DNA of 58,018 nt from Candidatus Omnitrophota bacterium (GCA_043800065.1 JAZDNG010000006.1:1-58018); one strand, 5' to 3'. Positions 21,231 through 31,122 are shown, counted from the first letter of the stretch. Notes: generated by a model not told the origin, from the sequence alone. Numbers and translations: made by a program.

Positions 21231-22991
21231 ATGTTTGAACGGACGCATAGTTGCGGGGAATTGACTGAAAAGGATTTCGGGAAAAAGGCTGCGCTTTGCG
21301 GCTGGGTTCATACCTGGCGCGACCATGGCGGGCTTGTTTTTATAGATTTAAGGGATAGGGACGGGATGACGCAGATAGTGTTTAATCCCGAAAAGAACAA
21401 GGAAATGCATACGGAATCCAGGAAGCTGCGCTCGGAATATGTCGTAGCCGTCAAGGGCATTGTTGAGCCGCGGCCTAAAGGTACCGAAAATAATAAATTA
21501 AAGACCGGAAAGGTGGAAGTCGCGGTAGAGGAATTGAAAGTCCTGAATACCGCCGAACCGCCTCCTTTTGAGATATCCGACGACGCTAAGATTTCAGAGG
21601 AGGTAAGGCTCAACTACCGCTATCTTGACCTTAGGCGGCCTTGTATGCAGAGAAATCTCCGCATACGCCACAACACCGCTAAAGCAATGAGGGACTTTCT
21701 TGACGAAAATGGTTTCCTTGAAGTAGAGACGCCCATACTGACCAAGAGCACGCCCGAAGGCGCGCGCGACTATCTTGTGCCCTCAAGGCTTAATCCCGGC
21801 AAATTCTATGCCCTTCCGCAATCGCCGCAATTATTCAAACAGATCCTGATGGTCGCCGGATATGAAAAGTATTTTCAGATCGCGAAGTGTTTCAGAGATG
21901 AAGACCTGAGAGCCGACCGTCAGCCCGAATTTACCCAGCTGGATATAGAGATGTCTTTTGTGGATGTGGACGATATTTTGGCCCTTACGGAAGGCCTTTT
22001 TAAATACGTCATAAAAAAAGTGGCGGGCGTGAATATTAAAACGCCGTTTCCAAGATTGACATACGATGAGGCCATGTCAAGATTCGGCACTGATAAGCCG
22101 GATACGCGTTTCGGCATGGAGATCTCGGAACTGAGGGACATATTTGAGGGAACTGAATTCAATATTTTTAAGACAGCCCTTCGGCCGGGCGGCAGCATAT
22201 TCGGCATAAATGTAAGCGGCTTTGCCTCGGCATCGCGCAAAGACATAGACGACCTGACGGCTTTCGCCAAAGATAACGGCGCGAAGGGGCTCGCGTATAT
22301 AAAATTTACGGAAACGGGCGCCGAATCGCCCATCCTGAAATTTGTAGGCCAGGAAAAGGCCGAGGTGGTGCAGAAAAAGATCGGCGCCCAAACAGGCGAC
22401 CTGGTCCTTATGGTCGCCGACGCCGATAAAAAGACGGCGCTTGAGGTACTAGGCTCTCTCAGGCTCTACCTTGCCAAGATCAGGAATATCAAAAAAGAAG
22501 AGGGTTTCAATATATTATGGGTCCTGGATTTTCCGCTTCTCAAATATAACAAAGACGAAAAGAAGTGGGATAGCGAGCATCATCCGTTTACCTCATGCAG
22601 GGATGAGGATATTCAGTATCTCGATAAAGAGCCCGGCAGGCCGAGGGCAAAGGCATATGACATTATCATAAACGGCATGGAGCTTGGCAGTGGATCCATA
22701 AGGATCCATAGAAAAGATATGCAGGAGAAGATGTTTAATCTAATAGGCCTATCAAAAGAAGAAGCGGAGGGGCGTTTTGGCTTTCTTCTGAAGGCCTTCG
22801 AATACGGCGCGCCGCCGCATGGCGGTATAGCATTCGGCCTCGACAGGCTGATAACCATCTTTACCGGCACCGATACCATAAGAGATGTTATCGCGTTTCC
22901 TAAGACCCAGAAGGCCGTATGCCTCATGACGGACGCTCCGTCAGATGTGGACGAGAGGCAGCTTAAGGAATTGGGAATTCGGTTAAGGTGA
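21231..22991 (+). CDS. aspS: aspartate--tRNA ligase
   Basis: RDHGG, STPEGARDY, LPQSPQ, RQPEFTQ, PPHGG. Confidence 0.98.
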   Translation: MFERTHSCGELTEKDFGKKAALCGWVHTWRDHGGLVFIDLRDRDGMTQIVFNPEKNKEMHTESRKLRSEYVVAVKGIVEPRPKGTENNKLKTGKVEVAVEELKVLNTAEPPPFEISDDAKISEEVRLNYRYLDLRRPCMQRNLRIRHNTAKAMRDFLDENGFLEVETPILTKSTPEGARDYLVPSRLNPGKFYALPQSPQLFKQILMVAGYEKYFQIAKCFRDEDLRADRQPEFTQLDIEMSFVDVDDILALTEGLFKYVIKKVAGVNIKTPFPRLTYDEAMSRFGTDKPDTRFGMEISELRDIFEGTEFNIFKTALRPGGSIFGINVSGFASASRKDIDDLTAFAKDNGAKGLAYIKFTETGAESPILKFVGQEKAEVVQKKIGAQTGDLVLMVADADKKTALEVLGSLRLYLAKIRNIKKEEGFNILWVLDFPLLKYNKDEKKWDSEHHPFTSCRDEDIQYLDKEPGRPRAKAYDIIINGMELGSGSIRIHRKDMQEKMFNLIGLSKEEAEGRFGFLLKAFEYGAPPHGGIAFGLDRLITIFTGTDTIRDVIAFPKTQKAVCLMTDAPSDVDERQLKELGIRLR

Positions 22992-23000
22992 GGATACCAG

Positions 23001-23087
23001 TTTCGTCATTGGGCTAGGGTTACGTTTTAGACGTAAGACGTAACCGAATAACGATACGGGCTTCGTAACCGTAACCTAAAAACGATA
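23001..23087. repeat. degenerate short-period (6-7 nt) inverted repeat tract
   Basis: GGTTACG ... GACGTAA GACGTAACC ... CGTAAC CGTAACC. Confidence 0.55.
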
Positions 23088-24047
23088 ATGTTGAAGCACG
23101 AAATAACATTAAAAAATGATAATGAGGCTAAGTTACTCTTCGGGCCTCACGACCAGAACCTTAAGCTTATAGAAAAAGGGATAGGCGTTACTTTGTACGC
23201 AAGGGGCCTCGGTATCGCAATTGAAGGGCCAAAAAATGAGGTAGATAGCGCCACGCGGCTTCTCAGTGAACTTTTGATAACGATACGCGAAGGCGTCCAG
23301 ATAAAAAAGCACGAAGTCCTTTACGCTATCCACGCGATAAAAGAGAATAAAGAAGAAGACGTCCATAGCATATATCTTGACAAGATAGAAGTCTCGGCGA
23401 AGCGCCAGTTTGTCTTTCCCCGGAGCAAGGGGCAGAAGGAGTATGTAGAGGCGATAAAGCGCAATGATATCGTCTTTGGCGTAGGGCCGGCGGGCACAGG
23501 CAAGACATACCTGGCCATGGTGATGGCGGTGAACGCGCTTAAAAAGCAGCTCGTTTCAAGAATTATTCTGGCGCGGCCCGCGGTAGAGGCGGGAGAGAGC
23601 CTTGGGTTTCTACCCGGCGATCTATACGAGAAAGTGACGCCTTATCTCAGGCCGCTATATGACGCCCTTTACGATATGGTCGAGGCGGACAAGATACGCG
23701 ATTATACAGAAAGGGGCATAATAGAGGTTGTGCCTCTCGCGTACATGAGGGGCAGGACGCTGAATAATTCTTTTATAATACTTGACGAAGCGCAAAATTC
23801 CACGTCCGAACAGATGAAGATGTTTTTGACAAGGCTCGGCTTTGATTCCAAGACAGTCATAACGGGCGACATAACGCAGAGCGACCTGCCAAGCCACAAG
23901 GAATCCGGCCTGAAACAGGTTATAAATATACTTAAGGACATAGATGGCATAAAATTTGTGTTTCTGTCCGGAGAAGATGTAGTCAGGCACGAACTTGTGC
24001 AAGAGATCATAAAGGCGTACGAGCGAGCGGATAGCGGAAAGGGTTAA
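23088..24047 (+). CDS. phoH: PhoH-family ATPase
   Basis: GPAGTGKT, RPAVEAGE, LGFLPGD, YMRGRT, DEAQN. Confidence 0.95.
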   Translation: MLKHEITLKNDNEAKLLFGPHDQNLKLIEKGIGVTLYARGLGIAIEGPKNEVDSATRLLSELLITIREGVQIKKHEVLYAIHAIKENKEEDVHSIYLDKIEVSAKRQFVFPRSKGQKEYVEAIKRNDIVFGVGPAGTGKTYLAMVMAVNALKKQLVSRIILARPAVEAGESLGFLPGDLYEKVTPYLRPLYDALYDMVEADKIRDYTERGIIEVVPLAYMRGRTLNNSFIILDEAQNSTSEQMKMFLTRLGFDSKTVITGDITQSDLPSHKESGLKQVINILKDIDGIKFVFLSGEDVVRHELVQEIIKAYERADSGKG

Positions 24048-24048
24048 T

Positions 24049-26259
24049 ATGAAAAGAATATCTGATAGCGGGAAGGCGTTATACAAAAATATGCGTATGG
24101 CAAGCCCCGCGAATATCCTGATCTTTCTGATTTTATTAGCGCTCATAACTGCCATCTTTTTTATCGGCGAGCCGTCCTATAAGATAAAGCTGGCGGAAGG
24201 CGATATATCTGTCAATGATGTTTACGCGCCCTATAACTTTACTTATCCCGGAAACATTGACGAAGCCAAGACGAACGAATTAAAAGAGAAGGCGCTGACT
24301 AATTTTCTGCCTGTCTACGCCAGGAAGCCGGAATATTGGGCCGAAAAAGAAAAGGCCCTCAGGGCGTTTTTTAAGGATCTGGATTCGGCTAAAAAACTTG
24401 CCGGTGACGATGAAAATGTCCGGGTAGAAAAGCTGAAGAAGCTCTCAAATACGGCGCTCGAAAATAACCTCCTTTTGGCCCTCCTCAAAGGAGACCCCGC
24501 GAGCTTGGAGGAGACCGGCATAAAAGCGTTCAAGGGGATATCTTCTAAAGTCATCGCGGATGACAACATTATAGAAGAGCTCATATCAAACAAGAAATCC
24601 GAGATAACGGTCCTCAGTCCAAAGACGGGCGCGGAGGCAAAAGTGCCGCGCGCCGAGTTATACACAAAAGTCCTGATAAAGCCCATAATAGAAAAAGAGC
24701 TTGTAAATAGCGGCATTGATGATGAGGAATTGCGGCAGGCGATCGCGAGCGTAACAGCAAGCCCGCTTGACTCAAACATCGCCTATGACAAAGCCGAGAC
24801 CGAGACGCGCCGCAAGGCAATACTTGAAAAGATCTCTCCCGTATATACACAGGTACTGGTAAAGAAAAATGAGCTCATAATCGGAAAAGGCGAGAGAGTT
24901 CATGCCGCGCATTTAGTACAGCTCGGCCAGCTGGCCGAGAAGGAGAAAGCGCGGTTTAAGACGGCGTATTCCGGCGGCGTAGCGATAATTTTAGGACTGC
25001 TTGTTATTATTTTGATTGTTTATCTCGATTCCTACCGCAGCAAGGCATTTCTTAAAAGCAAAAAAATTTACCTGATATTTACGGTGATCCTCTTAAATAT
25101 ATTTTTGGCCAAGGTCATAGTAATATCTCCGCTGGTTTTGTATATAATGCCCGTAGCAACCGCCGCCATGCTGCTTACGATGCTATTGGATACGGGCTGC
25201 GCCTTTATGGTCGCTATTTTGCTCAGCGTTATTACGGGTGTCATAGCCGGCAATAAATTTGATATAACGGTCGCATCGATGATAGGCAGTATAACGGGCA
25301 TATATTTCGTGAAGGGTATCCGCAGGCGTTCGGAACTCCTAAAGGCAGGAGTTGTCGTAGGCCTTGGGCAATTTCTGGTCATATGCGGGCTTGGGCTTTT
25401 AACTCTGCTTGAAGTGGGCGTATTTTTACGCGAGGGCATGTGGGGCTTTGCGAGCGGCATCATCTCAGCGGCTATCGTAATGCTGCTTCTTCCGATCTTT
25501 GAATGGCTTTTTGGGCTTACTACCGATATAACGCTTTTGGAATTGTCCGACTTAAACCACCCGCTTCTAAGGCGCATGGTGCTGGAGGCGCCGGGCACAT
25601 ATCACCACAGCCTTGTAGTCGGGAACCTCGCCGAAGCCGCCAGCGAGTCGATAGGCGCGAATTCTTTATTGGCAAGGGTGGGCGCGTATTACCACGACAT
25701 AGGGAAGATAGAGAAGGCCGAGTACTTCAGTGAAAATGAGATGGAGAATAAGAGCCATCACGAAAAACTGGCGCCTTCCATGAGCGCCCTCATTATAACA
25801 AGCCATGTCAAAGACGGTGTAGAGATCGCGAAAAAATACAAACTGGACAAGGCCCTGATAGATTTTATATCCCAGCATCACGGCACCGGGCTCATTTACT
25901 ATTTTTACCAGCGCGCGCTAGAAAAGCTGGAAAACGAAGAGACGCTGCGGGAAGAGGGCTTCCGGTATGGCGGCCCCAAGCCGCAGACCAAGGAGGCCGC
26001 AATCGTTCTTTTGGCCGATTCCGTTGAGGCGGCAAGCCGGGCGCTCGATGACCCCACGCCCGCAAGAATAAAGAGCCTTGTCCAGAAGGTGATAAATAAT
26101 AAATTTATAGACAGCCAGCTTGACGAATGCGACCTGACTCTTAAGGATATGCATAATATAGCCGAGTCATTTGTGCGGATACTTACCGGCATATTCCACA
26201 CGCGCGTGGAATATCCGGAAAACGGCAAAGCCAAATCCAAGAGCAAGAATACAAAATAG
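24049..26259 (+). CDS. pgpH: 7TM-HD (HDIG) phosphohydrolase, PgpH-like
   Basis: Extracellular domain, multiple TM helices, APGTYHHS, YYHDIGK, HHG, ADSVEAA. Confidence 0.85.
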   Translation: MKRISDSGKALYKNMRMASPANILIFLILLALITAIFFIGEPSYKIKLAEGDISVNDVYAPYNFTYPGNIDEAKTNELKEKALTNFLPVYARKPEYWAEKEKALRAFFKDLDSAKKLAGDDENVRVEKLKKLSNTALENNLLLALLKGDPASLEETGIKAFKGISSKVIADDNIIEELISNKKSEITVLSPKTGAEAKVPRAELYTKVLIKPIIEKELVNSGIDDEELRQAIASVTASPLDSNIAYDKAETETRRKAILEKISPVYTQVLVKKNELIIGKGERVHAAHLVQLGQLAEKEKARFKTAYSGGVAIILGLLVIILIVYLDSYRSKAFLKSKKIYLIFTVILLNIFLAKVIVISPLVLYIMPVATAAMLLTMLLDTGCAFMVAILLSVITGVIAGNKFDITVASMIGSITGIYFVKGIRRRSELLKAGVVVGLGQFLVICGLGLLTLLEVGVFLREGMWGFASGIISAAIVMLLLPIFEWLFGLTTDITLLELSDLNHPLLRRMVLEAPGTYHHSLVVGNLAEAASESIGANSLLARVGAYYHDIGKIEKAEYFSENEMENKSHHEKLAPSMSALIITSHVKDGVEIAKKYKLDKALIDFISQHHGTGLIYYFYQRALEKLENEETLREEGFRYGGPKPQTKEAAIVLLADSVEAASRALDDPTPARIKSLVQKVINNKFIDSQLDECDLTLKDMHNIAESFVRILTGIFHTRVEYPENGKAKSKSKNTK

Positions 26260-26681
26260 TGATACGCCTTAACGTTTCAAATATATCCAGATGCCGTTTT
26301 TTAAACGCGAAAAAACTGAAAAAGGTAGTCGTTTCTATTTTGCGGAAATCCGGCGTGCGTACGGGAGAATTATCAATCATCTTCGCCACCGATTCCGAAA
26401 TAAGGCCGCTCAATAAAAAATACAGGCAAGAGGACAGGCCGACCGACGTATTATCTTTCTCACTCGGCGAAGAAGGCATATTAGGCGATATTGTCATCTC
26501 CGTTGAAAGAGCCCGGGCGCAGGCAAAGGCCTTTGGGACGTCATTTAAATATGAGATGGAACTTTATATTATTCACGGCGTGCTTCATATTTTGGGCTAT
26601 GGTGACGAGGTGCCGCCCGAGCGAAAGGTGATGCGCAAAAAAGAGAAGGAATATTTGACCTTATGGCGAGCGCGAAGATAG
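26259..26681 (+). CDS. ybeY: rRNA maturation RNase YbeY
   Basis: LNKKYR, PTDVLSF, LGDIVIS, HGVLHILGY. Confidence 0.9.
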   Translation: MIRLNVSNISRCRFLNAKKLKKVVVSILRKSGVRTGELSIIFATDSEIRPLNKKYRQEDRPTDVLSFSLGEEGILGDIVISVERARAQAKAFGTSFKYEMELYIIHGVLHILGYGDEVPPERKVMRKKEKEYLTLWRARR

Positions 26682-27361
26682 TAGATTCCTTTAACCACGC
26701 GATAGAAGGCCTCATATATGTATTGAAGACTCAGCGCAACATGCGCATCCATTTCCTTTTTTCGGTCCTCATAACACTGGTTGCGATATATCTTAATGTT
26801 TCTAAAGTGGAACTCCTGATCGTGCTTTTGGCCATCGCCTTTGTCCTCGTGGCGGAGATCGTCAATACCGCCGTAGAGCACGCCGTGGACCTGGCGACAA
26901 ATATGATAAATCCTGTGGCCCGCGTCATAAAAGACATAAGCGCGGCGGCGGTTTTGATATCGGCGATAGCGGCGTTTGTAGTCTTTTATATAGTATTTTC
27001 GTATTACCTCAACATACCTTTCGCAAGCGCCATATTCAAGATAAAACAGTCGCCCTGGCATATATCTTTTATAGCATTTATTATCGTCTTAAGCCTCGTT
27101 CTGGCAGGAAAGGTTTTTTTTCATAGGGGCACACCCCTTCGCGGCGGCATGCCGAGCGGCCACGCCGCTTTGGCATTCGCGATGTGGACTGCCATAGCGT
27201 TTTCAAGCACCAATAATCTGGTGATCGTAATGGCTTTTATACTGGCGTTTTTTGTGGCGAGAAGCCGCATAATAGAATCTATACATACTGTGTGGGAAGT
27301 CGTCGCGGGGGCGCTTGTAGGCATATTAGCGACGACGTTCGTTTTTCAACTTCTCAAATGA
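26663..27361 (+). CDS. dgkA: diacylglycerol/undecaprenol kinase fused to PAP2 domain
   Basis: EIVNTAVE, KDISAAAVL; PAP2 motifs MPSGH, SR..H..WEV. Confidence 0.85.
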   Translation: MASAKIVDSFNHAIEGLIYVLKTQRNMRIHFLFSVLITLVAIYLNVSKVELLIVLLAIAFVLVAEIVNTAVEHAVDLATNMINPVARVIKDISAAAVLISAIAAFVVFYIVFSYYLNIPFASAIFKIKQSPWHISFIAFIIVLSLVLAGKVFFHRGTPLRGGMPSGHAALAFAMWTAIAFSSTNNLVIVMAFILAFFVARSRIIESIHTVWEVVAGALVGILATTFVFQLLK

Positions 27362-27383
27362 CAATCAAACGCGGAGAGAAAAG

Positions 27384-28016
27384 ATGTGGAAGAAACTGAG
27401 AGACAATTTTATTACCGGCATAGCCGTAATATTGCCGATCTTTATTACGCTCTGGGTCTTTGATGTCCTTTACAAGTGGATAAACAGGGGGCTTCTGATG
27501 CCGCTTACAAAACTGTTTACTCCATACCTCGTAAACCCCTATCTTGAGTACGGCGTGTCTATCACCATCTTTGTGCTTTTGATATTGATAGTAATCGCGA
27601 TCGGCATGGCGACAAGGATAATATTCCTGCGAAAGCTATTTTCCAGCGGCGAAAGAATGTTCTTCAAGATACCGATGATCGGAAGGATCTATGTCACACT
27701 GAAACAGATAAGCAGGGCGTTTCTGGGCGATAAGACGAAGGCGTTCCGAGGGGTTGTTTTGGTGGAATTCCCGCGAAAAGGGATGTACTCGATAGGCTTC
27801 CTGACATCCGGAAGTATAGCCGAGATAGAAGAAAAAACCGGCAAAAAGCTTGTAAACGTATATATACCGAGCGTACCCAATCCGGCCACGGGATTCTTCT
27901 ATATTTTCCCCGAAGAGGAAGTGGTACTCCTCAAGATGAGTCTCGAAGATGCCATGAAACTTGCGATATCGGGCGGCGCCGTCACGCCTGATACGGTAGG
28001 ATTATCTGACGATTGA
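27384..28016 (+). CDS. DUF502 membrane protein
   Basis: VLVEFPRKG, VYIPSVPNPATGF, ISGG. Confidence 0.85.
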   Translation: MWKKLRDNFITGIAVILPIFITLWVFDVLYKWINRGLLMPLTKLFTPYLVNPYLEYGVSITIFVLLILIVIAIGMATRIIFLRKLFSSGERMFFKIPMIGRIYVTLKQISRAFLGDKTKAFRGVVLVEFPRKGMYSIGFLTSGSIAEIEEKTGKKLVNVYIPSVPNPATGFFYIFPEEEVVLLKMSLEDAMKLAISGGAVTPDTVGLSDD

Positions 28017-28028
28017 GATGAACCTGAC

Positions 28029-28784
28029 ATGTCAATACACACCACCGATGCCATAATATTGAGGAAGCGGGATATCCGCGAAACAAGCCTTTTGGTTACG
28101 TTTTTTACGCGCGATTTTGGCAAGATAAAGGGGCTCTTAAAGGGGGTAAGGGGGCCAAGGGGTCCCTTAGGTTATCAGGTCCAGCCGTTCACGCAAAGCC
28201 GCATAGTATTCTACGAATCCAAGAAATCCGATATCCACATCGTCTCCCAATGCGACCTCACGGACTTCTTCGAAGACGTCCGCAAAGACATAGTAAAGAC
28301 CGGCTACGCGTATTATTTTATAGAACTTGTCGATGCCCTCACCGAAAATAGCGGCCAGGGTGCTGAGATATTTGACCTTCTATTAAACAGCTTAAACCTC
28401 CTTAAGACCGACGCATCGCCAAAGCGCATCGCGCGCATACTTGAGATAAAATTGCTTTTACTTTCCGGAGTCATGCCGCGGCTCGATGCCTGCGTGGCCT
28501 GCGGCGGAGCGGTAGATTCGAAGAACGGCGCACTGCGCTTCAGCTATAAATTCGGCGGCCTCTTATGCAAGAACTGCACGGCCAAGGACTCAACGTGCCG
28601 CCAAATCCTTGCCGGCACTGTGAATTTTATCGACCACATCGAGCGCACCACATACGAAAAGGCCGAGAATATCAAGGTATCCAAGGATGTAGGTGAGGAG
28701 CTCGAAGGCCTCATGAAGCGCTTCCTTGCGTATCAATTAGATACGCAGTTGAAGTCGCTGGAGTTTTTGAAGGCGATTACGTAG
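28029..28784 (+). CDS. recO: DNA repair protein RecO
   Basis: N-terminal OB fold (FTRDFGKI), Zn finger CVACG...CKNC. Confidence 0.92.
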   Translation: MSIHTTDAIILRKRDIRETSLLVTFFTRDFGKIKGLLKGVRGPRGPLGYQVQPFTQSRIVFYESKKSDIHIVSQCDLTDFFEDVRKDIVKTGYAYYFIELVDALTENSGQGAEIFDLLLNSLNLLKTDASPKRIARILEIKLLLLSGVMPRLDACVACGGAVDSKNGALRFSYKFGGLLCKNCTAKDSTCRQILAGTVNFIDHIERTTYEKAENIKVSKDVGEELEGLMKRFLAYQLDTQLKSLEFLKAIT

Positions 28785-28788
28785 CACC

Positions 28789-28814
28789 GTCATTGCGAGC
28801 GAAGCGAAGCAGTC
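28789..28814. repeat. GTCATTGCGAG-type REP-like hairpin
   Basis: GTCATTGCGAGCGAAGCGAAGCAGTC; related inverted copy at 43218-43257. Confidence 0.75.
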
Positions 28815-28820
28815 CCATTT

Positions 28821-28921
28821 GATAAAAGGGGACGTGATAAAAGGGGACGTTTCACTTTGATGCAACGTCTTTATAGGTAGTGAGTTACAATCGGTCGATT
28901 TCCATTTGAAAAAAAGGGGAC
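28821..28921. mobile_element. partial second copy of the 4423 MITE with 15-bp tandem duplication
   Basis: (GATAAAAGGGGACGT)x2 then TTCACTTTGATGCAAC...AGTTACAA...GTCGATTTCCA as at 4423-4487; another AAAAGGGGAC at 28912. Confidence 0.75.
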
Positions 28922-28979
28922 GGGGCGCTTTGGGACATTCACCAAAACCAAATATCGTGCAGCTGGAGGAGCGTTTTAA

Positions 28980-29285
28980 GTGAAGAAATGCCCGTATTGT
29001 GCCGAAGAAATACAGGATGACGCGGTTAAATGCAGATATTGTAATGAATTTCTGAATAAAACTCCGCCGCGGCAATGGTATTTCAGGACATCCGTGTTTA
29101 TAATTGCGTTTTTGTGCATTGGGCCACTCGCGCTACCGCTTGTCTGGTTTAACCCCTGTTATAACCGGGCAAAAAAGATAATTATAAGCATTGTCGTTTT
29201 AATACTTAGTTATTACCTGTGGATTTTTTTCATGAAGTCTCTCGAATCTGTTAAGGAGTATTATAAATTATTCCAGCAGTTTTAA
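28980..29285 (+). CDS. zinc-ribbon membrane protein
   Basis: [20 protein letters not shown] plus two TM segments. Confidence 0.8.
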   Translation: MKKCPYCAEEIQDDAVKCRYCNEFLNKTPPRQWYFRTSVFIIAFLCIGPLALPLVWFNPCYNRAKKIIISIVVLILSYYLWIFFMKSLESVKEYYKLFQQF

Positions 29286-29291
29286 TCTTTT

Positions 29292-29350
29292 AGTAATTGG
29301 TGACGTCCTGAAAAGAGTAATTGGTGACGTCCTGAAAAGGGACACCCTGG
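29292..29350. repeat. 24-bp tandem duplication plus 25-bp inter-gene repeat
   Basis: (AGTAATTGGTGACGTCCTGAAAAG)x2; GACGTCCTGAAAAGGGACACCCTGG (29326-29350) is 23/25 identical to 30159-30183. Confidence 0.85.
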
Positions 29351-29396
29351 AACGGGAGCTGAGGCGGAAAGCGTACCTATATTTAGGAGATGCAGC

Positions 29397-29720
29397 ATGG
29401 ATATGAAGAAGTCGGCAACTCATAGAAAATGCAAGTATCCGGACTGTAACCACGTTCTTAGCATTTATAACCATTCGGCCTATTGCAACGTCCATATCGG
29501 CGTGATGTCTCATGACGATAATATAAAAGCGGCAGAAAGGGTACGGGTTAAAGAGGGACGCCTTAAAAAGGTAAAAGATAAGAAGATAGTAAGGAAATGT
29601 AAAAAGTGCGGGGTACCGCTGGAAGGGGTCCTGTATAATTTGATTACCGCAAAGATATTCAGGGTTAAGCCTTCGGACAAGGATCCGGGGATTTGTAATA
29701 AGTGCATCGACAAGCCATAA
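29397..29720 (+). CDS. small basic protein with two putative Zn-binding modules
   Basis: C-x4-C...C-x2-H and CKKC...CNKC; SD AGGAG. Confidence 0.7.
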   Translation: MDMKKSATHRKCKYPDCNHVLSIYNHSAYCNVHIGVMSHDDNIKAAERVRVKEGRLKKVKDKKIVRKCKKCGVPLEGVLYNLITAKIFRVKPSDKDPGICNKCIDKP

Positions 29721-29790
29721 CTAGTGCCGTTCTAACCTGGTCAGAATTGGCAGATTAGAATAAGGGAGCGGCCTGCGGAAATAAGGGAAT

Positions 29791-30153
29791 ATGTACAATA
29801 TAAAATTAGGCGATAACGGTAATAGATTGGACGTTAGCTATAAAGATCATTTTGATCTCCGGCAGGGGGAGCAATTCTATAAAGAACTTCAGGAAACAGC
29901 GCCTAAACTAAAAAAGGGCTTCATGGTATTGGCGGACATGTCTTCATTGGAGCGAATGGACTTAAGCGCGAAGTTATACGTTGAGAAGGCAATGGATTTA
30001 TTAAATAAAAAGGGTGTTTCCAAAGTAGTAAGAATTATTCCGGATGATACCAAGGATATCGGGTTCAAGATCCTCAGCATATTTCATTATTCCTCAAAAG
30101 TAGTTATACATACTTACAAATCTTATCAGGAGGCGGAAGAACATTTAAAGTAA
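29791..30153 (+). CDS. hypothetical protein, STAS/SEC14 (SpoIIAA-like) resemblance
   Basis: 120 aa, VLADMS, C-terminal SYQEAEEHL pattern. Confidence 0.6.
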   Translation: MYNIKLGDNGNRLDVSYKDHFDLRQGEQFYKELQETAPKLKKGFMVLADMSSLERMDLSAKLYVEKAMDLLNKKGVSKVVRIIPDDTKDIGFKILSIFHYSSKVVIHTYKSYQEAEEHLK

Positions 30154-30183
30154 AAGGGGACGTCCTGTAAGGGGACACCCTGG
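30151..30183. repeat. GGGGAC-family inter-gene repeat
   Basis: TAAAAGGGGACGTCCTGTAAGGGGACACCCTGG, overlapping the stop codon. Confidence 0.85.
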
Positions 30184-30201
30184 TGAAGGAGAAAGAGGAT
30201 T

Positions 30202-30648
30202 ATGGACAATAAAAAATCGGTGGGTTTGATTATAATCGGTGTGTTTGAGATTCTGATCGGTTTGTTCGGCATCTGGAACCTATATTTACTTCTTACTTTT
30301 GAAAAGAGGACCGGCAGCACCGCCGGGCTAGGATGGTTATTTTTACCTTTATTATTGGCAGCTGCCCTCTTATTCCTTTTAGGTATCGGTATAGTATTAC
30401 GCGCTAAATTGGCATGGTATTTTCATGTTATCGGTATTCCTCTTACAATCGGTGCTTTGGTTTTATTATTTATATACTGGGGGATGGGTTTTACGGATCT
30501 CGATTTTTGGATGCTAATTGCATTTCCTGCGATTGTCGCGATATTGTTAGTGTGGTATCTCATCCTTCCCGGAATAAGGGAACAGTTTTGGGTAAAAGGG
30601 GACGTGGCTGGAAGGGAACGTCCCAATACAGGAGAAATAGAAAGATGA
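30202..30648 (+). CDS. 4-TM membrane protein, C-terminus read through a GGGGAC repeat
   Basis: Hydrophobic helices; TAAAAGGGGACGT at 30593 lies inside the 3' end. Confidence 0.7.
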   Translation: MDNKKSVGLIIIGVFEILIGLFGIWNLYLLLTFEKRTGSTAGLGWLFLPLLLAAALLFLLGIGIVLRAKLAWYFHVIGIPLTIGALVLLFIYWGMGFTDLDFWMLIAFPAIVAILLVWYLILPGIREQFWVKGDVAGRERPNTGEIER

Positions 30649-30854
30649 TAGTAATCGATTATGATAAATGTTGCTGGAAGGACGGTAAATGCGTAAGCTG
30701 TGGGTGCGGCAGCGCCTGTGACGGATGCGTGGAAGCCTGTCCGGTCGGCGCGCTAGAGAGGCAGAAAAACGTAGTTTTTCATCCCGATAAATGTATTGAT
30801 TGCGGCGTATGCATAACAGCATGCAAATATGGTGCGGTAGCTATGAAGGAATAG
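30645..30854 (+). CDS. 2x[4Fe-4S] ferredoxin-like protein with extra Cys
   Basis: CDGCVEACP and CIDCGVCITAC; ATG 30645 overlaps the upstream stop. Confidence 0.85.
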   Translation: MIVIDYDKCCWKDGKCVSCGCGSACDGCVEACPVGALERQKNVVFHPDKCIDCGVCITACKYGAVAMKE

Positions 30855-30866
30855 AGAGGAAATAGC

Positions 30867-31049
30867 ATGCGTGAGGTGATTGAGATTTTGGGTATACTGG
30901 CGTTTTTATCGCTTGTCTTGGCCGTTACGACAGGGCTCATGATATTTAGGTTCCATGTCAAGGGGGTCAAGATGGAATGGCACGTCTGGTCTGCGGTCGC
31001 GACTTTAGTCTTTGCCGTTCTGCATGTAACTTTGATTGTTCTATATTAA
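30867..31049 (+). CDS. small 2-TM membrane protein with His pair
   Basis: WHVWSAVATLVFAVLH; SD GAGGA. Confidence 0.65.
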   Translation: MREVIEILGILAFLSLVLAVTTGLMIFRFHVKGVKMEWHVWSAVATLVFAVLHVTLIVLY

Positions 31050-31122
31050 AAGTCGTTCCAAAAAGACTTGATTTTGCAGTTCGCCTGTGTTAACATAGCC
31101 AAAGTTTCCCAAGGAAGGCAAG

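Noticed and set aside
26259-26681. YbeY third His replaced (GYGD) as a sign of pseudogenisation
   Set aside because: ORF is intact and Asp at this position occurs in other YbeY lineages
29292-29339. 24-bp direct repeat as a CRISPR array
   Set aside because: Two abutting copies with no spacer and no cas genes
29721-29760. Hairpin as an integron attC site
   Set aside because: Too short, lacks proper RYYYAAC/GTTRRRY boxes, and no intI in the window
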